From positions 1 to 45,379 of the forward strand of contig JAQGPA010000138.1 in assembly GCA_028293325.1 (NCBI GenBank): a DNA stretch of 45,379 nucleotides, given 5' to 3'. Below are positions 18,394 through 28,011 of this stretch, piece by piece (the first letter of the stretch is position 1; every line of letters starts with the position of its first letter). The position numbers were made by a program, and so were the translations under genes. The notes beneath the pieces are model-generated. The model was not told the DNA's origin and did no database searches. It saw nothing but the letters and a program-made list of their open reading frames with translations. Source of the DNA: Pedosphaera sp. (GTDB lineage: Bacteria; Verrucomicrobiota; Verrucomicrobiia; Limisphaerales; Pedosphaeraceae).

Positions 18394-19074
18394 TTACTCC
18401 ACGCGGACGTTAGCCTCCAACGCCCGCACTTCAGCCAAACTGGCGTTCACTTCATTGCGCGGCAAATTTCCCGCCTCCAATGTGGCGTCACTCAGACGCA
18501 ACAGCCGTTCGTAGAACATAATTCCTTCGGAGATTAAAGCCGCATTGCCCGGCTCGACATCAAGCAGCGCAAATAACGCATCTTCCGCCTGCGCATAAGC
18601 CCCCATGCGTTCGTAATAACGCCACAACGCCGCCTGCGTGCGCGTCGGCAAAGGCGCATCCAGCAACTGCTGGCGCAATACTTCAATGCGGGGAACAAAA
18701 CCGGGAAGTTCCAGGTCCGTATCCTGCAATTGCAATGTCAGCAACAAGTTCAGCGCCTTCAGCAAACAGTCCTGACTTTGCGCCTCCCGCTGTGCCGCAG
18801 CATGAACCTGGCCGGCTTCCTGCAGCAAAGCCACCAGCAGCAGGCTTTTTTCGCGGAACACATGGGTCGGGTCGCCGACCGTGAGCTTCGCCAGCAGTTC
18901 AGTTTCGGAAAGCTGGCTGACCGCTTCCGCCCCGGTTCCGATCAGGTCAAGAAACGCCTGGTCCAGACCCGCGCCCGCCTCGGCATATTGCCGCGCGTCG
19001 AGTTGCCCCCGAATGCGCATGATGCTCTGCACGCACTGCTCGATCATGCGGAGAAGGTAATCCCGGCGAATCAT
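18394..19074 (-). CDS. conserved hypothetical protein (helical, no recognisable catalytic motif)
   Basis: 226-aa ORF with good coding periodicity, divergent from the 19345 cluster. No motif recognised with confidence. Confidence 0.45.
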   Translation of the reverse strand: MIRRDYLLRMIEQCVQSIMRIRGQLDARQYAEAGAGLDQAFLDLIGTGAEAVSQLSETELLAKLTVGDPTHVFREKSLLLVALLQEAGQVHAAAQREAQSQDCLLKALNLLLTLQLQDTDLELPGFVPRIEVLRQQLLDAPLPTRTQAALWRYYERMGAYAQAEDALFALLDVEPGNAALISEGIMFYERLLRLSDATLEAGNLPRNEVNASLAEVRALEANVRVE

Positions 19075-19344
19075 GCGTGTTTAAAGAGTAAATTTCCCAA
19101 GGCGACAGTCATTTTCGGGTCGGCGGTTTCAGCACCTTCCTTTCCTACACCAATTGGGCAAAACGGAGTGGTTGTCAATGCGCCAATTCGTCGAAACTTT
19201 TGCATCGTTTTTCGAAAAGTGGTGCGGAATATGCATCACTTTTCCAAAGGCCGCTTGTAATCGCAAAGGCCGTTTCTATAATGCAGAAAAAATGCGTGCT
19301 GTAGTAAATCAACCGGTGTTGCCTGTCAAACCCCTCGTTTTGGC

Positions 19345-20631
19345 ATGAAACGCAAAGCCACAACGGTCAATCGCCGCCCCTCCATCATGGTGCTGGGTGT
19401 CGGTTCCTTTGCCCATAGCGCCGCCCAGATCCTCCAGGACAATGGCGCGCAGGTTTCGACCTATCTGACGCGCAATTACGGCCATTTTCCACCGTCACTG
19501 GTCGGCCCCACCTACACCCAGGAGCGCTTTCCCAATCCCTGTTCGTTGCTCAAGGAAAAGCAGGTGGATTTGGTGCTGCCCATGTCCATTGATTGGGCAC
19601 AGGCGCCGTGGAAAGACGAATTGCTGGCCGGCAAGACCCCCATTTTTTGCCCCACCGGCGAAGGGATGCGCATCGAGCGCGAACGCGACTTTGCCCGCAA
19701 ACTTTGCCACGATTTCAAAATCCCCTTTCCCAAGGCGCATGTTGCGCCCAACCGTCTCGCCGCGGAAAAACTGCTCAAGCAACACGCCCGCCCTTACGTC
19801 ATCAAGAATCCGCTCTGCTCCCCGACGAGCCCCATTCACACCATTCTGTGCGAAACAGTGGAGGATACCCGCTCCTGGCTTAAGAACATCAATTACGCAG
19901 AAGGCGTCTTTCTCCAGGAATACATGGGTCGCGCCGAGGCGGGGCACATCGCGCTCATCAGCGGCGGTGAGATTTATCCGCTCGTCACGAACCAGGAATA
20001 CAAACGCGCCTTCTCTGGTGACATGGGCGTGGTCGCCGGCGCGCCGCTCGGCGGGTTGGTGGAAAAAGACCCGGGCGACAAATACGGCCTCGCCCGTACG
20101 TTGCTTAATCCGTTGCGACCCTGGTTTCGCGCCGTGAATTATCACGGCCCCATTCAGGTCACGGCGGTCTGCCGCAATCGCAAATGGTACGTCATCGAAT
20201 ATAATATTCGCATTGGCGTCACTTCCGGCGCCATGATCCTGCGGATGCTTGCCAATCCCATCGAGACCCTGCTGCGCACCGCGCAAAACAAAAAATTGGA
20301 CCTGAATTTCAAGCCCGATTGGAACTTTGGCTGTTCCGTTACACTCGCCGGCTACGGCTATCCCTACGTGCAACAACGCGGTCCGCAATTGCCGGTCGAA
20401 ACCACCGGACCATTTGACCCGGATTGCGATGTCTGGTGGAATGAAGTCGCGCGGAACGGCGATGGCAAATTATTCACCACGGGCCATCGCATCGCCGACG
20501 TCATTGCGTTCAGCCCGTCGCTGGACGGCGCGATCCAGAAGGCCTATGCGAACATCCGCAAAATTCGCAGCCTCGGCAGTTATCATCGGGTGGACATTGG
20601 CCGGAGTCTCTGGCCGCCGGGAAACAGCTAA
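19345..20631 (+). CDS. PurD-like ATP-grasp ligase (divergent phosphoribosylamine-glycine ligase family paralog)
   Basis: 428 aa, colinear with PurD. N-terminal Rossmann-like MVLGVGSFAHSAAQIL corresponds to PurD VLVIGSGGREHALA. Central ATP-grasp region. C-terminal ...YHRVDIGRSLW corresponds to PurD ...CRKDIGWRA. Several PurD signature residues are replaced, so it is probably not a bona fide purD. Confidence 0.55.
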   Translation: MKRKATTVNRRPSIMVLGVGSFAHSAAQILQDNGAQVSTYLTRNYGHFPPSLVGPTYTQERFPNPCSLLKEKQVDLVLPMSIDWAQAPWKDELLAGKTPIFCPTGEGMRIERERDFARKLCHDFKIPFPKAHVAPNRLAAEKLLKQHARPYVIKNPLCSPTSPIHTILCETVEDTRSWLKNINYAEGVFLQEYMGRAEAGHIALISGGEIYPLVTNQEYKRAFSGDMGVVAGAPLGGLVEKDPGDKYGLARTLLNPLRPWFRAVNYHGPIQVTAVCRNRKWYVIEYNIRIGVTSGAMILRMLANPIETLLRTAQNKKLDLNFKPDWNFGCSVTLAGYGYPYVQQRGPQLPVETTGPFDPDCDVWWNEVARNGDGKLFTTGHRIADVIAFSPSLDGAIQKAYANIRKIRSLGSYHRVDIGRSLWPPGNS

Positions 20632-20637
20632 ACCATA

Positions 20638-21837
20638 ATGTCGCAAACCATGTCTGAGACGATTCCAACTCGCGGCCCGCTGCCGCCCGAACCCGTCGTG
20701 ACCAAACGGCCGTCGCGCTCCGCGTGGATTGAGGTGGACTTGTCGCGGCTCCGGCAAAATTACCAGGCCATCAACCAGGACAGACCCAAAGGCGTTCAGT
20801 TTCTCTCCGTCATCAAAGACGAAGCCTATGGCCACGGAGCTTTCGCGGTGGGCAAGGTGGCCCTGGAATGCGGGGCCGCCTTCCTCGCGCTGAGCAATGT
20901 CGATGAAGCCCTGACGCTACGGCAGCGTGGCATTCAGTCGCCTCTCTTGTTGTTGGGCGAACGGCAGGCAGCCGAGTTGTCCTGTTGCATCGAGCATAAT
21001 TTGACCTGTTGCGTCAACGACCTCCACACCGCGGAAAAACTCGGCCAACTCGCCGCGAACGCCGGCCGCCGGGTGCCGGTTCATCTCAAAATCAACACCG
21101 GCATGAACCGTTATGGTATTCGTTGGACGGATGCCCTGCCGTTGGTCGAAAAAATCTGCGCCATCAAATCACTCGCGTTGGAAGGCGTCCTGAGCCATTT
21201 CTCAATGTCCGACGAACTGGACAAGACTTTTGCGCTGCTGCAGCTCGAACGCTTCACCCAGATCCTTTCGGGCATGGCCAAGCGCGGCCTCTCCGTGAAA
21301 TATCGCCACCTCTGCAACAGCGGCGGCTTTCTCGATCTCCCCCAGGCCCATTTCGACATGGTGCGCATCGGCATGCTGCAACTCGGCGTTTATCCTTCCA
21401 AGGTTTGCCGGCGCATCAACGGCATCGCGCCCATCATGTCGGTCAAGGCCCGCGTCGCCGCCCTGCAAAGCATTCAAAAGGACGACGTCGTCGGCTACGG
21501 CATGCGCTATCAAGCCGCATCGCCGCGCCGCATCGCCGTGATCCCCGTGGGTTACGGCGACGGCTTCCCGCGCGTTCGCAATCAGGGCTGCGTGCTCATC
21601 GGCGGCAAACGCGCCCCGCTCGTCGGCGGTGTGGCCATGGACGCCCTCACCGTGGATGTCACCGACTTGCCGGCCGTCCAACTCTGGGATGAAGTCGTGC
21701 TCATGGGCCGCCAGGGCACTGAGGAAATTTCCGTGAACGAAGTCGCGCAGTGGAAAAATTCCGTCTCCTACGACGTCCTCGCCGGCTGGCGCGCGCGCCT
21801 GCCGCGAATTTACGTCAATGAACCAGGCACCGCATGA
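20638..21837 (+). CDS. alr: alanine racemase (PLP-dependent, fold type III)
   Basis: PLP-lysine motif VIKDEAYGHG, a second-domain conserved Tyr region, 399 aa. The start is 6 nt after the upstream gene. Its stop overlaps the next start (ATGA). Confidence 0.85.
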   Translation: MSQTMSETIPTRGPLPPEPVVTKRPSRSAWIEVDLSRLRQNYQAINQDRPKGVQFLSVIKDEAYGHGAFAVGKVALECGAAFLALSNVDEALTLRQRGIQSPLLLLGERQAAELSCCIEHNLTCCVNDLHTAEKLGQLAANAGRRVPVHLKINTGMNRYGIRWTDALPLVEKICAIKSLALEGVLSHFSMSDELDKTFALLQLERFTQILSGMAKRGLSVKYRHLCNSGGFLDLPQAHFDMVRIGMLQLGVYPSKVCRRINGIAPIMSVKARVAALQSIQKDDVVGYGMRYQAASPRRIAVIPVGYGDGFPRVRNQGCVLIGGKRAPLVGGVAMDALTVDVTDLPAVQLWDEVVLMGRQGTEEISVNEVAQWKNSVSYDVLAGWRARLPRIYVNEPGTA

Positions 21838-22637
21838 AACTGCTTTTCTCCGAACATAAGGCCGACTACGCCCATTATATTTTTCCGTATGCCATCTGGG
21901 GCATTCCCGAGGCGGGTGAAACCCCGGGCGATTTCTTTAATCAAGGCTTTCTCCCCTCCTCGCGCGACCTGGACCGCTTCTATCTCTGCCGCCATGTGCG
22001 CGTCAATTTAAAGGATTACACCGCCTCCTCCGAGAACCGCCGTATCTTGCGCAAAGGCGATGGCATCACCGTCACGCTCATCCCGCGCGCGGAGTTCGAT
22101 TACAACGCCCAGCGCCGCGAGTTCTACAAAACCTATGCCGACATCAAGTTCGGCAAGGACATGATGACCTACGAGCGCCTCGATTCGCTCTTCAGCGGCA
22201 AGATCACCTCGCACCTCCTCGTTTTCACCGACACCAAATCCGGCGCGGAAATCGGCACCGTCACGCTCTACCTCGAGCAAAACCGGATGGCCTATTATTA
22301 CTACGCTTTTTACGACCTGAAGTATTACAGCCGCAATCTCGGCATGTTCATGATGACCTCCGCCGTGGAATTCTTCGCGGAACGCGGCTTGGAATCACTC
22401 TACCTGGGCTCCTGTTATTCCCAGAACGCGCTCTACAAAACCCAGTTCGAAGGCGCGCAATTTTTCAACGGTGTCCGCTGGTCCAATCTCCTCGACGAAT
22501 TGAAATATCTCATCCGCCGCGAAGACGGCGAAGTCCGCCAGCATCTTCTGGAAACCGAGGAATACCGCCAGCTCTTCTACGCCGCCGACCTCAGCAACAT
22601 CATCTCAGCCAGTCAATTTCAGGTGAAACTTAAATAG
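21834..22637 (+). CDS. ATE/Bpt-family aminoacyl-tRNA-protein transferase homolog (arginyl-/leucyl-transferase-like)
   Basis: 267 aa. The C-terminal region carries an ATE_C-like motif LGSCYSQNALYKTQF (cf. LGYYI...KxxYKxxF). GNAT-like fold length is typical of bacterial Bpt. Translationally coupled to alr. Confidence 0.55.
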   Translation: MKLLFSEHKADYAHYIFPYAIWGIPEAGETPGDFFNQGFLPSSRDLDRFYLCRHVRVNLKDYTASSENRRILRKGDGITVTLIPRAEFDYNAQRREFYKTYADIKFGKDMMTYERLDSLFSGKITSHLLVFTDTKSGAEIGTVTLYLEQNRMAYYYYAFYDLKYYSRNLGMFMMTSAVEFFAERGLESLYLGSCYSQNALYKTQFEGAQFFNGVRWSNLLDELKYLIRREDGEVRQHLLETEEYRQLFYAADLSNIISASQFQVKLK

Positions 22638-22729
22638 TGTTGCGCTGGGGGCCACGTCTGAACTCTTCAACCGCCTCCGGTTGGCAAATTGTATCGCTCG
22701 ACAGTTTTAACAATCTGGCGCGTCATGTA

Positions 22730-23410
22730 CTAGTCATTCCTGACCAGGCTGACTCTCCTAATATTGATTCTGCCGAACGGTAAATTCCGCGCGCGCTCCA
22801 GCATTGCGGCCAACTGTTCGCCGTCGTGCAGGTGGGCGTGAAACCGGACCACGGTCATGTGCGCGGTTTGCAGCCGATATCGCGTATCCACTCCTTCCGC
22901 CAGCCCGCGCAATCGAAGCTGCCGACGCAAGGAGTCACGCACCTCATTGAGCGCCTCGTTTTCCACAAAGCCCTGGATCATGATTGCGCCCGGGGACGCA
23001 GTAACGCCCTTAAATTGAATCCGGATCGGCGCCGCTTTCCGCAAGGCCATATCCACCGCCGCCATGTATTGCTCCGTTTTGGCAAAGAATCGCGCAGGCT
23101 CGACTGTCGCGGTAAACAGTGAAAGCAGCGTCAGGTGAAGTTCCGAAGGCGCATAATAATGTTGCTCCGGTTCCAGGGCTCTCAATTGCCCCAAAAATGC
23201 CGCGATGCGCTTGCGCACGTTGGAATCAGGCCGGGCAATCAACGTCAAACCGCGACGTCGGTCGGGCCTCCCCGCCGCCAGGACCGGATCCTGATCAATA
23301 TCCCCAGTCCGCAATTTCCCGACGGTTGCTTTCCACAATCGATCGTACCGATTTTGCATGCGTTGGCGAACATCGCTCCTGCTCACTTGATTCCGTCCGC
23401 GTTCGTTCAT
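22730..23410 (-). CDS. 2H phosphoesterase superfamily protein (LigT/ThpR-like 2-prime,5-prime RNA ligase / cyclic phosphodiesterase fold)
   Basis: Two H-x-T-x motifs, HLTL and HMTV, separated by about 90 aa, as in LigT. Confidence 0.55.
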   Translation of the reverse strand: MNERGRNQVSRSDVRQRMQNRYDRLWKATVGKLRTGDIDQDPVLAAGRPDRRRGLTLIARPDSNVRKRIAAFLGQLRALEPEQHYYAPSELHLTLLSLFTATVEPARFFAKTEQYMAAVDMALRKAAPIRIQFKGVTASPGAIMIQGFVENEALNEVRDSLRRQLRLRGLAEGVDTRYRLQTAHMTVVRFHAHLHDGEQLAAMLERARNLPFGRINIRRVSLVRND

Positions 23411-23476
23411 GTGCAGAAAAAACTATCTTCTGAATCTGCCGCGTCGGCCACATACGAATTAGAGCGACCCGAACGC

Positions 23477-24421
23477 TCAGGCCACTCCCACTTCCTGCGG
23501 CCCTTTGCCGCCGTTAACCAGAAAGAGCACTGCCATGCGCACGGCCAGGCCGTTGGTGACCTGCTCCAAAATCACGGACCGGCCGCAGTCGGCGATTTCG
23601 CTGTCGATCTCCACACCGCGGTTGATCGGGCCGGGATGCATGATGAGCGCGTCGGGTTTGGTAAGTGCGAGCCGTTTTTTGTTCAACCCAAACAGGCTCG
23701 AGTATTCGCCGAGGCTCGGGAACATCGATTTGCGCTGCCGTTCGTGCTGGATGCGCAGCAGGTTGATGATATCCGCATCGGCAATGGCTTCCTCCACGTT
23801 ATAAGTCACGCGACATCCCATCTGCTCAAACACTTTGGGCACCAGCGTGGAAGGACCGCAAAGCGTCACGCGGGCACCGAGTTTCAATAAGGCCCAAATG
23901 TTCGAGCGGGCCACGCGGCTGTACAGGATGTCGCCTAGGATGGTGACGTTCAGCCCGGCAATCTTCCCTTTCTTTTCCAAAATCGTAAATGTGTCGAGCA
24001 ACGCCTGCGTCGGATGCTCATGCGCCCCGTCGCCGGCATTGACCACGCTCGACTTGAGAAACCGGGAGAGAAAATGTGGCGCCCCCGTGGCGCTGTGGCG
24101 AATAATGATAATGTCCGCGTTGAGCGCCTCCAGATTGCGCGCGGTGTCCTTCAGCGTCTCCCCTTTTTTCAACGACGAAGCCTCAGCCGTGAAATTAATC
24201 ACATCCGCCGTGAGCCGCTGCGCCGCCAGTTCAAAGCTGATGCGGGTGCGGGTGGAGGGCTCGATGAACAGATTGACAACCGTCTTGCCGCGTAACGCCG
24301 GGACTTTCTTGATTGCGCGCTCGCCCACCGCCTTGAAGGCGCGGGCCGTGTCCAGCACGGTGATAATCTCCTCCGGCGTGAGGGATTCAATATCCAGCAA
24401 ATCTTTTCGTTTCCAGCTCAT
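23477..24421 (-). CDS. pyrB: aspartate carbamoyltransferase catalytic subunit
   Basis: STRTR carbamoyl-phosphate motif, HPTQ, and HPGP near the C-terminus. 314 aa. Confidence 0.95.
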   Translation of the reverse strand: MSWKRKDLLDIESLTPEEIITVLDTARAFKAVGERAIKKVPALRGKTVVNLFIEPSTRTRISFELAAQRLTADVINFTAEASSLKKGETLKDTARNLEALNADIIIIRHSATGAPHFLSRFLKSSVVNAGDGAHEHPTQALLDTFTILEKKGKIAGLNVTILGDILYSRVARSNIWALLKLGARVTLCGPSTLVPKVFEQMGCRVTYNVEEAIADADIINLLRIQHERQRKSMFPSLGEYSSLFGLNKKRLALTKPDALIMHPGPINRGVEIDSEIADCGRSVILEQVTNGLAVRMAVLFLVNGGKGPQEVGVA

Positions 24422-24427
24422 GATGGT

Positions 24428-24964
24428 TCAGGTTCTTTCCAGCTGCACGGAATCCTCTTCGCCGCCGGCTTCGGTGAGTTTCACCCGAATGTTTTCGGCC
24501 ACGGCGGTGGGCACGTTCTTGCCGACGAAATCGGCCTTGATCGGCAGTTCGCGGTGCCCCCGGTCAATCAGCACGGCGAGTTGGATGCGTTGCGGGCGGC
24601 CAAAATCGTTGAGCGCATCCATGGCTGCGCGCACGGTCCGTCCCCGGAAAAGCACGTCATCCACGAGCACCACGGTCTTGCCGGTGACATCGAATGGTAT
24701 CGCTGTGGGATGCACCTTGGGCGTGATGTGCTGGTGCAAATCGTCCCGGTGCATGCTCACATCCAGGCTCCCCAACGGCACCGCGTGACCCCAAATCCCG
24801 GCCAGGATGGCGGCCAACCGTTGCGCGAGTGTCACCCCGCCGCTCTGGATGCCGATGATGACCACCGCGGTGCTCGTGTCATTGCGCTCCGCGATTTCAT
24901 GGGCGATGCGCGTCAGTGCGCGTTGGATGGCCGAGCCGTTGAGGATAAGCGTGGTTTCAGACAT
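24428..24964 (-). CDS. pyrR: bifunctional pyrimidine operon regulator / uracil phosphoribosyltransferase PyrR
   Basis: 178 aa. PRTase motif VVLVDDVLFRGRT, typical PyrR length, located 6 nt upstream of pyrB. Confidence 0.95.
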   Translation of the reverse strand: MSETTLILNGSAIQRALTRIAHEIAERNDTSTAVVIIGIQSGGVTLAQRLAAILAGIWGHAVPLGSLDVSMHRDDLHQHITPKVHPTAIPFDVTGKTVVLVDDVLFRGRTVRAAMDALNDFGRPQRIQLAVLIDRGHRELPIKADFVGKNVPTAVAENIRVKLTEAGGEEDSVQLERT

Positions 24965-25020
24965 GGGAAAACTCCAGGGGATGTTGCCCTCGTTGCGTGT
25001 GCGGCGTCGAGGCCAGGGGC

Positions 25021-25110
25021 AATAAAAAAGCGAACCCGCGTGACGCCGGTTCGCTGCAATAAAAGGTAAGTTGGTTCATGGCATCCTTGGCAACCTCTCG
25101 GATTGCGTTA
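25021..25110 (-). promoter_or_regulatory. pyr leader attenuator: PyrR-binding loop (minus-strand RNA AAUCCGAGAGGUUGCC, plus coordinates 25089-25104) followed by an intrinsic terminator (25024-25054)
   Basis: The minus-strand RNA contains UCCGAGAGG, matching the conserved PyrR box (UCCnGAGAGG). The downstream hairpin gcgaaccggcgucacgcggguucgc + UUUUUU precedes the pyrR start. Confidence 0.6.
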
Positions 25111-25147
25111 AAGGAGGCAGAATTAAATTTAAACTATTTAAACCGGC

Positions 25148-25387
25148 CTAGCTCGGAGCGTGCCGATTTCTCCGCCACTTGGAACGATGCTTCATGATCC
25201 AGTCGGTCAGTGCGCGCTCAAACCCGATGTCCTTGCCCGCCTTTTCCGATTCGATCCATTTATGTTTGAGAATTTCCTCGCGCTCGGCCTGGAACTCGCG
25301 GTAGAGAGAGGAATTCTTTAACAAGTCATTCCCGGTCGGAGAATCTTTAGTGTCGTTAGACATAGTTGCCAAAGTCGATTGCAACAA
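25148..25387 (-). CDS. small conserved hypothetical protein (79 aa; EREEILKHKWIESEKAGKDIGFERALTDWI...)
   Basis: Short ORF with a strongly charged, helical composition lying directly upstream of the pyr leader. The start may instead be the internal Met (MSNDTK...). Confidence 0.4.
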   Translation of the reverse strand: MLQSTLATMSNDTKDSPTGNDLLKNSSLYREFQAEREEILKHKWIESEKAGKDIGFERALTDWIMKHRSKWRRNRHAPS

Positions 25388-25490
25388 TTATGAAACATAT
25401 CTCGTGCCAAGACAACTCTAATCTGACCTCACAGGGCGCGGAGACTACGGACTCCCAATCTCGGTAATACTACTACACAATTCACAATTG

Positions 25491-26537
25491 TCATCCAAGT
25501 CTTTGGCGCAGCATTTCTGCAACACGAATAAAGGCCTGACCGGGAGGCTTTTCCGGTGCAGAAACCACCACCGGCACCCCTTCATCGCCCCCAATTCGAA
25601 TCTCTGTAAATATTGGAATCTCACCTAGAAAAGTCGTCTTTTGGCGCTCTGCTTCCTGCCGTCCGCCCCCATGTCCAAAAATCTCCACTCTATCGCCGTT
25701 GGGTGCAGTGAAATAGCTCATGTTCTCAATGATCCCCAGTATCGGCACATTGACCTTCTCGAACATGGCAATCCCCTTGCGCACCACTCCCAGCGACGCC
25801 TCCTGCGGCGTGGTCACAATCACGCCGCCATCCAACGGGACGGTCTGGCACAGGGAGAGTTGCGCGTCCCCGGTTCCCGGCGGCAGGTCCACGAACAAAT
25901 AATCCAATTCACCCCAGGCCACAGCAGTCACGAATTGTTGAATGGTCTTCATGATCATCGGCCCGCGCCAGATGACCGGACTGTCGCCCTCAATCAAAAA
26001 ACCCATGCTCATGAGTTTCACCCCATGGCTGACCGGCGGCACCATCATGGTTTCGTCTTCGGTGACGGTCGGTTTTTTCTGCGTCCCCATCATCAGCGGA
26101 ATGCTCGGCCCGTAAATATCGCAATCCAACAAACCCACTCGCAACCCAAGATGTTGCAACGCGCAGGCGAGATTGACCGAGGTGGTTGATTTGCCCACGC
26201 CACCCTTCCCGCTCGCCACGGCCACGATGCGCTGGATGCCTGGCACCTTGTTCTGATTCTGCCATGGACTCTGCGCCGACGCCGCTTGCGGCCCCGTTGG
26301 CGCCTTGACCTCGACATGCACCAGGTTGACACCCGGTAACGCTTTCAACGCCCGTTCGCTCTCAGTTTTGATTTGTTGCGCCACCTCCGGCGTGCCGGAC
26401 GTCAATTGCAGCGAGACACTGACCGCCCCGTCCTTGGCGTTGATCTGTTTCACCAGCCCAAAGGAGACGATATCGCGGCTGTAACCGGGATATTTCACGC
26501 TGCTGAGCGCACTTTTAATTTGTTCTTCGGTAATCAT
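25491..26537 (-). CDS. apbC: Mrp/NBP35-family iron-sulfur cluster carrier ATPase (ApbC)
   Basis: N-terminal DUF59-like domain, P-loop AVASGKGGVGKST, and the CxxC Fe-S ligand motif region. 348 aa. Confidence 0.9.
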   Translation of the reverse strand: MITEEQIKSALSSVKYPGYSRDIVSFGLVKQINAKDGAVSVSLQLTSGTPEVAQQIKTESERALKALPGVNLVHVEVKAPTGPQAASAQSPWQNQNKVPGIQRIVAVASGKGGVGKSTTSVNLACALQHLGLRVGLLDCDIYGPSIPLMMGTQKKPTVTEDETMMVPPVSHGVKLMSMGFLIEGDSPVIWRGPMIMKTIQQFVTAVAWGELDYLFVDLPPGTGDAQLSLCQTVPLDGGVIVTTPQEASLGVVRKGIAMFEKVNVPILGIIENMSYFTAPNGDRVEIFGHGGGRQEAERQKTTFLGEIPIFTEIRIGGDEGVPVVVSAPEKPPGQAFIRVAEMLRQRLG

Positions 26538-26611
26538 GATTCAAATTGCGGAGTTACGATTGCCAATCGCGGCTGGAAACGCAAGGCCGGTGACCGCACA
26601 TTTTTGGCCTT

Positions 26612-27853
26612 TCAATGGACAGATTTGGTTGCGCCGGCCGCCTCTTCCCTGGGTTGGAGCACCGAATCGATGGTCCCGTGCTGAAATTCATCCCACAACG
26701 GCGACAACCCGCGCAGCTTCTTCACCACCTTCTCAAAAGTCTCCGCCACGTATTCCATTTCCTCACTGGTATTCTCCTTACCGAGCGATATCACAAGGTT
26801 CCCCTGTGCCAACGCATGGTCAAGCCCGGTGGCCTCCAGCACATGCGAGACCTTCAACGCCTTGCTGATGCAACTGGGCCCGCTTGCCGCCGCAATGCCT
26901 TGCATATCCAGCAACAACAACATCCCCTCGCCCTCCACAAACTCCACGCTCACATTCAGATTTGTGCTGATGCGCTGCGGCCCAGGCTCCGGCCCGTTCA
27001 GTTTGATGTAAGGAATGCGCGCCTTAAGACTCTCCCACAACTTGCGCTGCAAGTTTGCGGTATGGGCAATCCGGCGCGGCATCTCGCGCAAAGCAATCTC
27101 CGCCGCCACGCCCGCACCCACAATGGCCGGCACGTTCTCCGTCCCCGCACGTCGACCTTCTTCCTGGCTCCCGCCCTGCTGAATCCCATTCAACCGCGCC
27201 CGCCGATTGCGGTACAAAACTCCCACGCCTTTCGGCCCGTAAAAACGATGCGGAGAAAGTGAGAGCAACCCCGCGCCCATCGCCTGCACATCCACCGGCA
27301 ACCAACCGCCGCTCGCCACCGCATCCACAAAAAACGGAATCCCCCGTTCCCCAGCCAGCGCGCCAATCTCACGAATTGGCTCAATGGTCCCTAACTCATG
27401 GTTCACGTGATGCACACAAACCAAAATGGTCTGCTCCGTCAGCGCGGCCCGCACCTGTTCCGGATCCACGAACCCGGCCGCGTCCACCTTGATCTTCGTG
27501 CAGGTGAACCCCTGCTTTTCCAGAAATTCAATGGAGTTGAGCACCGACAAATGCTCCGTGGCGCTCACCACGATATGATTCCCCTTGCGCTGCCGCGCGT
27601 ACGCCGTTCCTTTTACCGCCAGATTGGCCGATTCCGTCGCGCCGGATGTAAAGATGATGTCTTCGGGCGATTCCGCATTAATGAGCGCCGCGATTTGCGA
27701 TCGCGCCTTGCCCAACGCATCACGCGCTCGTAAGCCGTGGCGATGCAGCGACGCCGGCGCGCCAAAATGCTCCGTGAAGTACGGCGTCATCGCTTCCAGC
27801 ACGGCCGGTAAAACCGGTGTGGTGGTTTGGTGGTCTAAAAATACGTGGCGCAT
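26612..27853 (-). CDS. cysteine desulfurase (class V aminotransferase, IscS/NifS family)
   Basis: PLP-lysine region (SLSPHRFYGPKGVG), the GTENV motif and an active-site Cys loop (SGPSCIS). 413 aa. TGA stop. Confidence 0.85.
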   Translation of the reverse strand: MRHVFLDHQTTTPVLPAVLEAMTPYFTEHFGAPASLHRHGLRARDALGKARSQIAALINAESPEDIIFTSGATESANLAVKGTAYARQRKGNHIVVSATEHLSVLNSIEFLEKQGFTCTKIKVDAAGFVDPEQVRAALTEQTILVCVHHVNHELGTIEPIREIGALAGERGIPFFVDAVASGGWLPVDVQAMGAGLLSLSPHRFYGPKGVGVLYRNRRARLNGIQQGGSQEEGRRAGTENVPAIVGAGVAAEIALREMPRRIAHTANLQRKLWESLKARIPYIKLNGPEPGPQRISTNLNVSVEFVEGEGMLLLLDMQGIAAASGPSCISKALKVSHVLEATGLDHALAQGNLVISLGKENTSEEMEYVAETFEKVVKKLRGLSPLWDEFQHGTIDSVLQPREEAAGATKSVH

Positions 27854-27967
27854 CGTGAAATCCCCGCCGGAAGTGGCGCATCGCCGCCCCTTCAGCCGTT
27901 CAATCCAATGTAGAAGCGGTGCCTTTTAAGTCAAAGGATTTCGCCGGTCCGACCCGCTTGAACCAAT

Positions 27968-27996
27968 TTTGACCCGCGCGGAAACAAGGACTACAC
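27968..27996 (+). promoter_or_regulatory. candidate sigma70-type promoter TTGACC - 17 nt - TACACT upstream of the decarboxylase gene
   Basis: Hexamers read from sequence. The ATG at 28012 is about 15 nt downstream of the -10 element. Confidence 0.3.
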
Positions 27997-28011
27997 TCAT
28001 TATGGCCGCCT

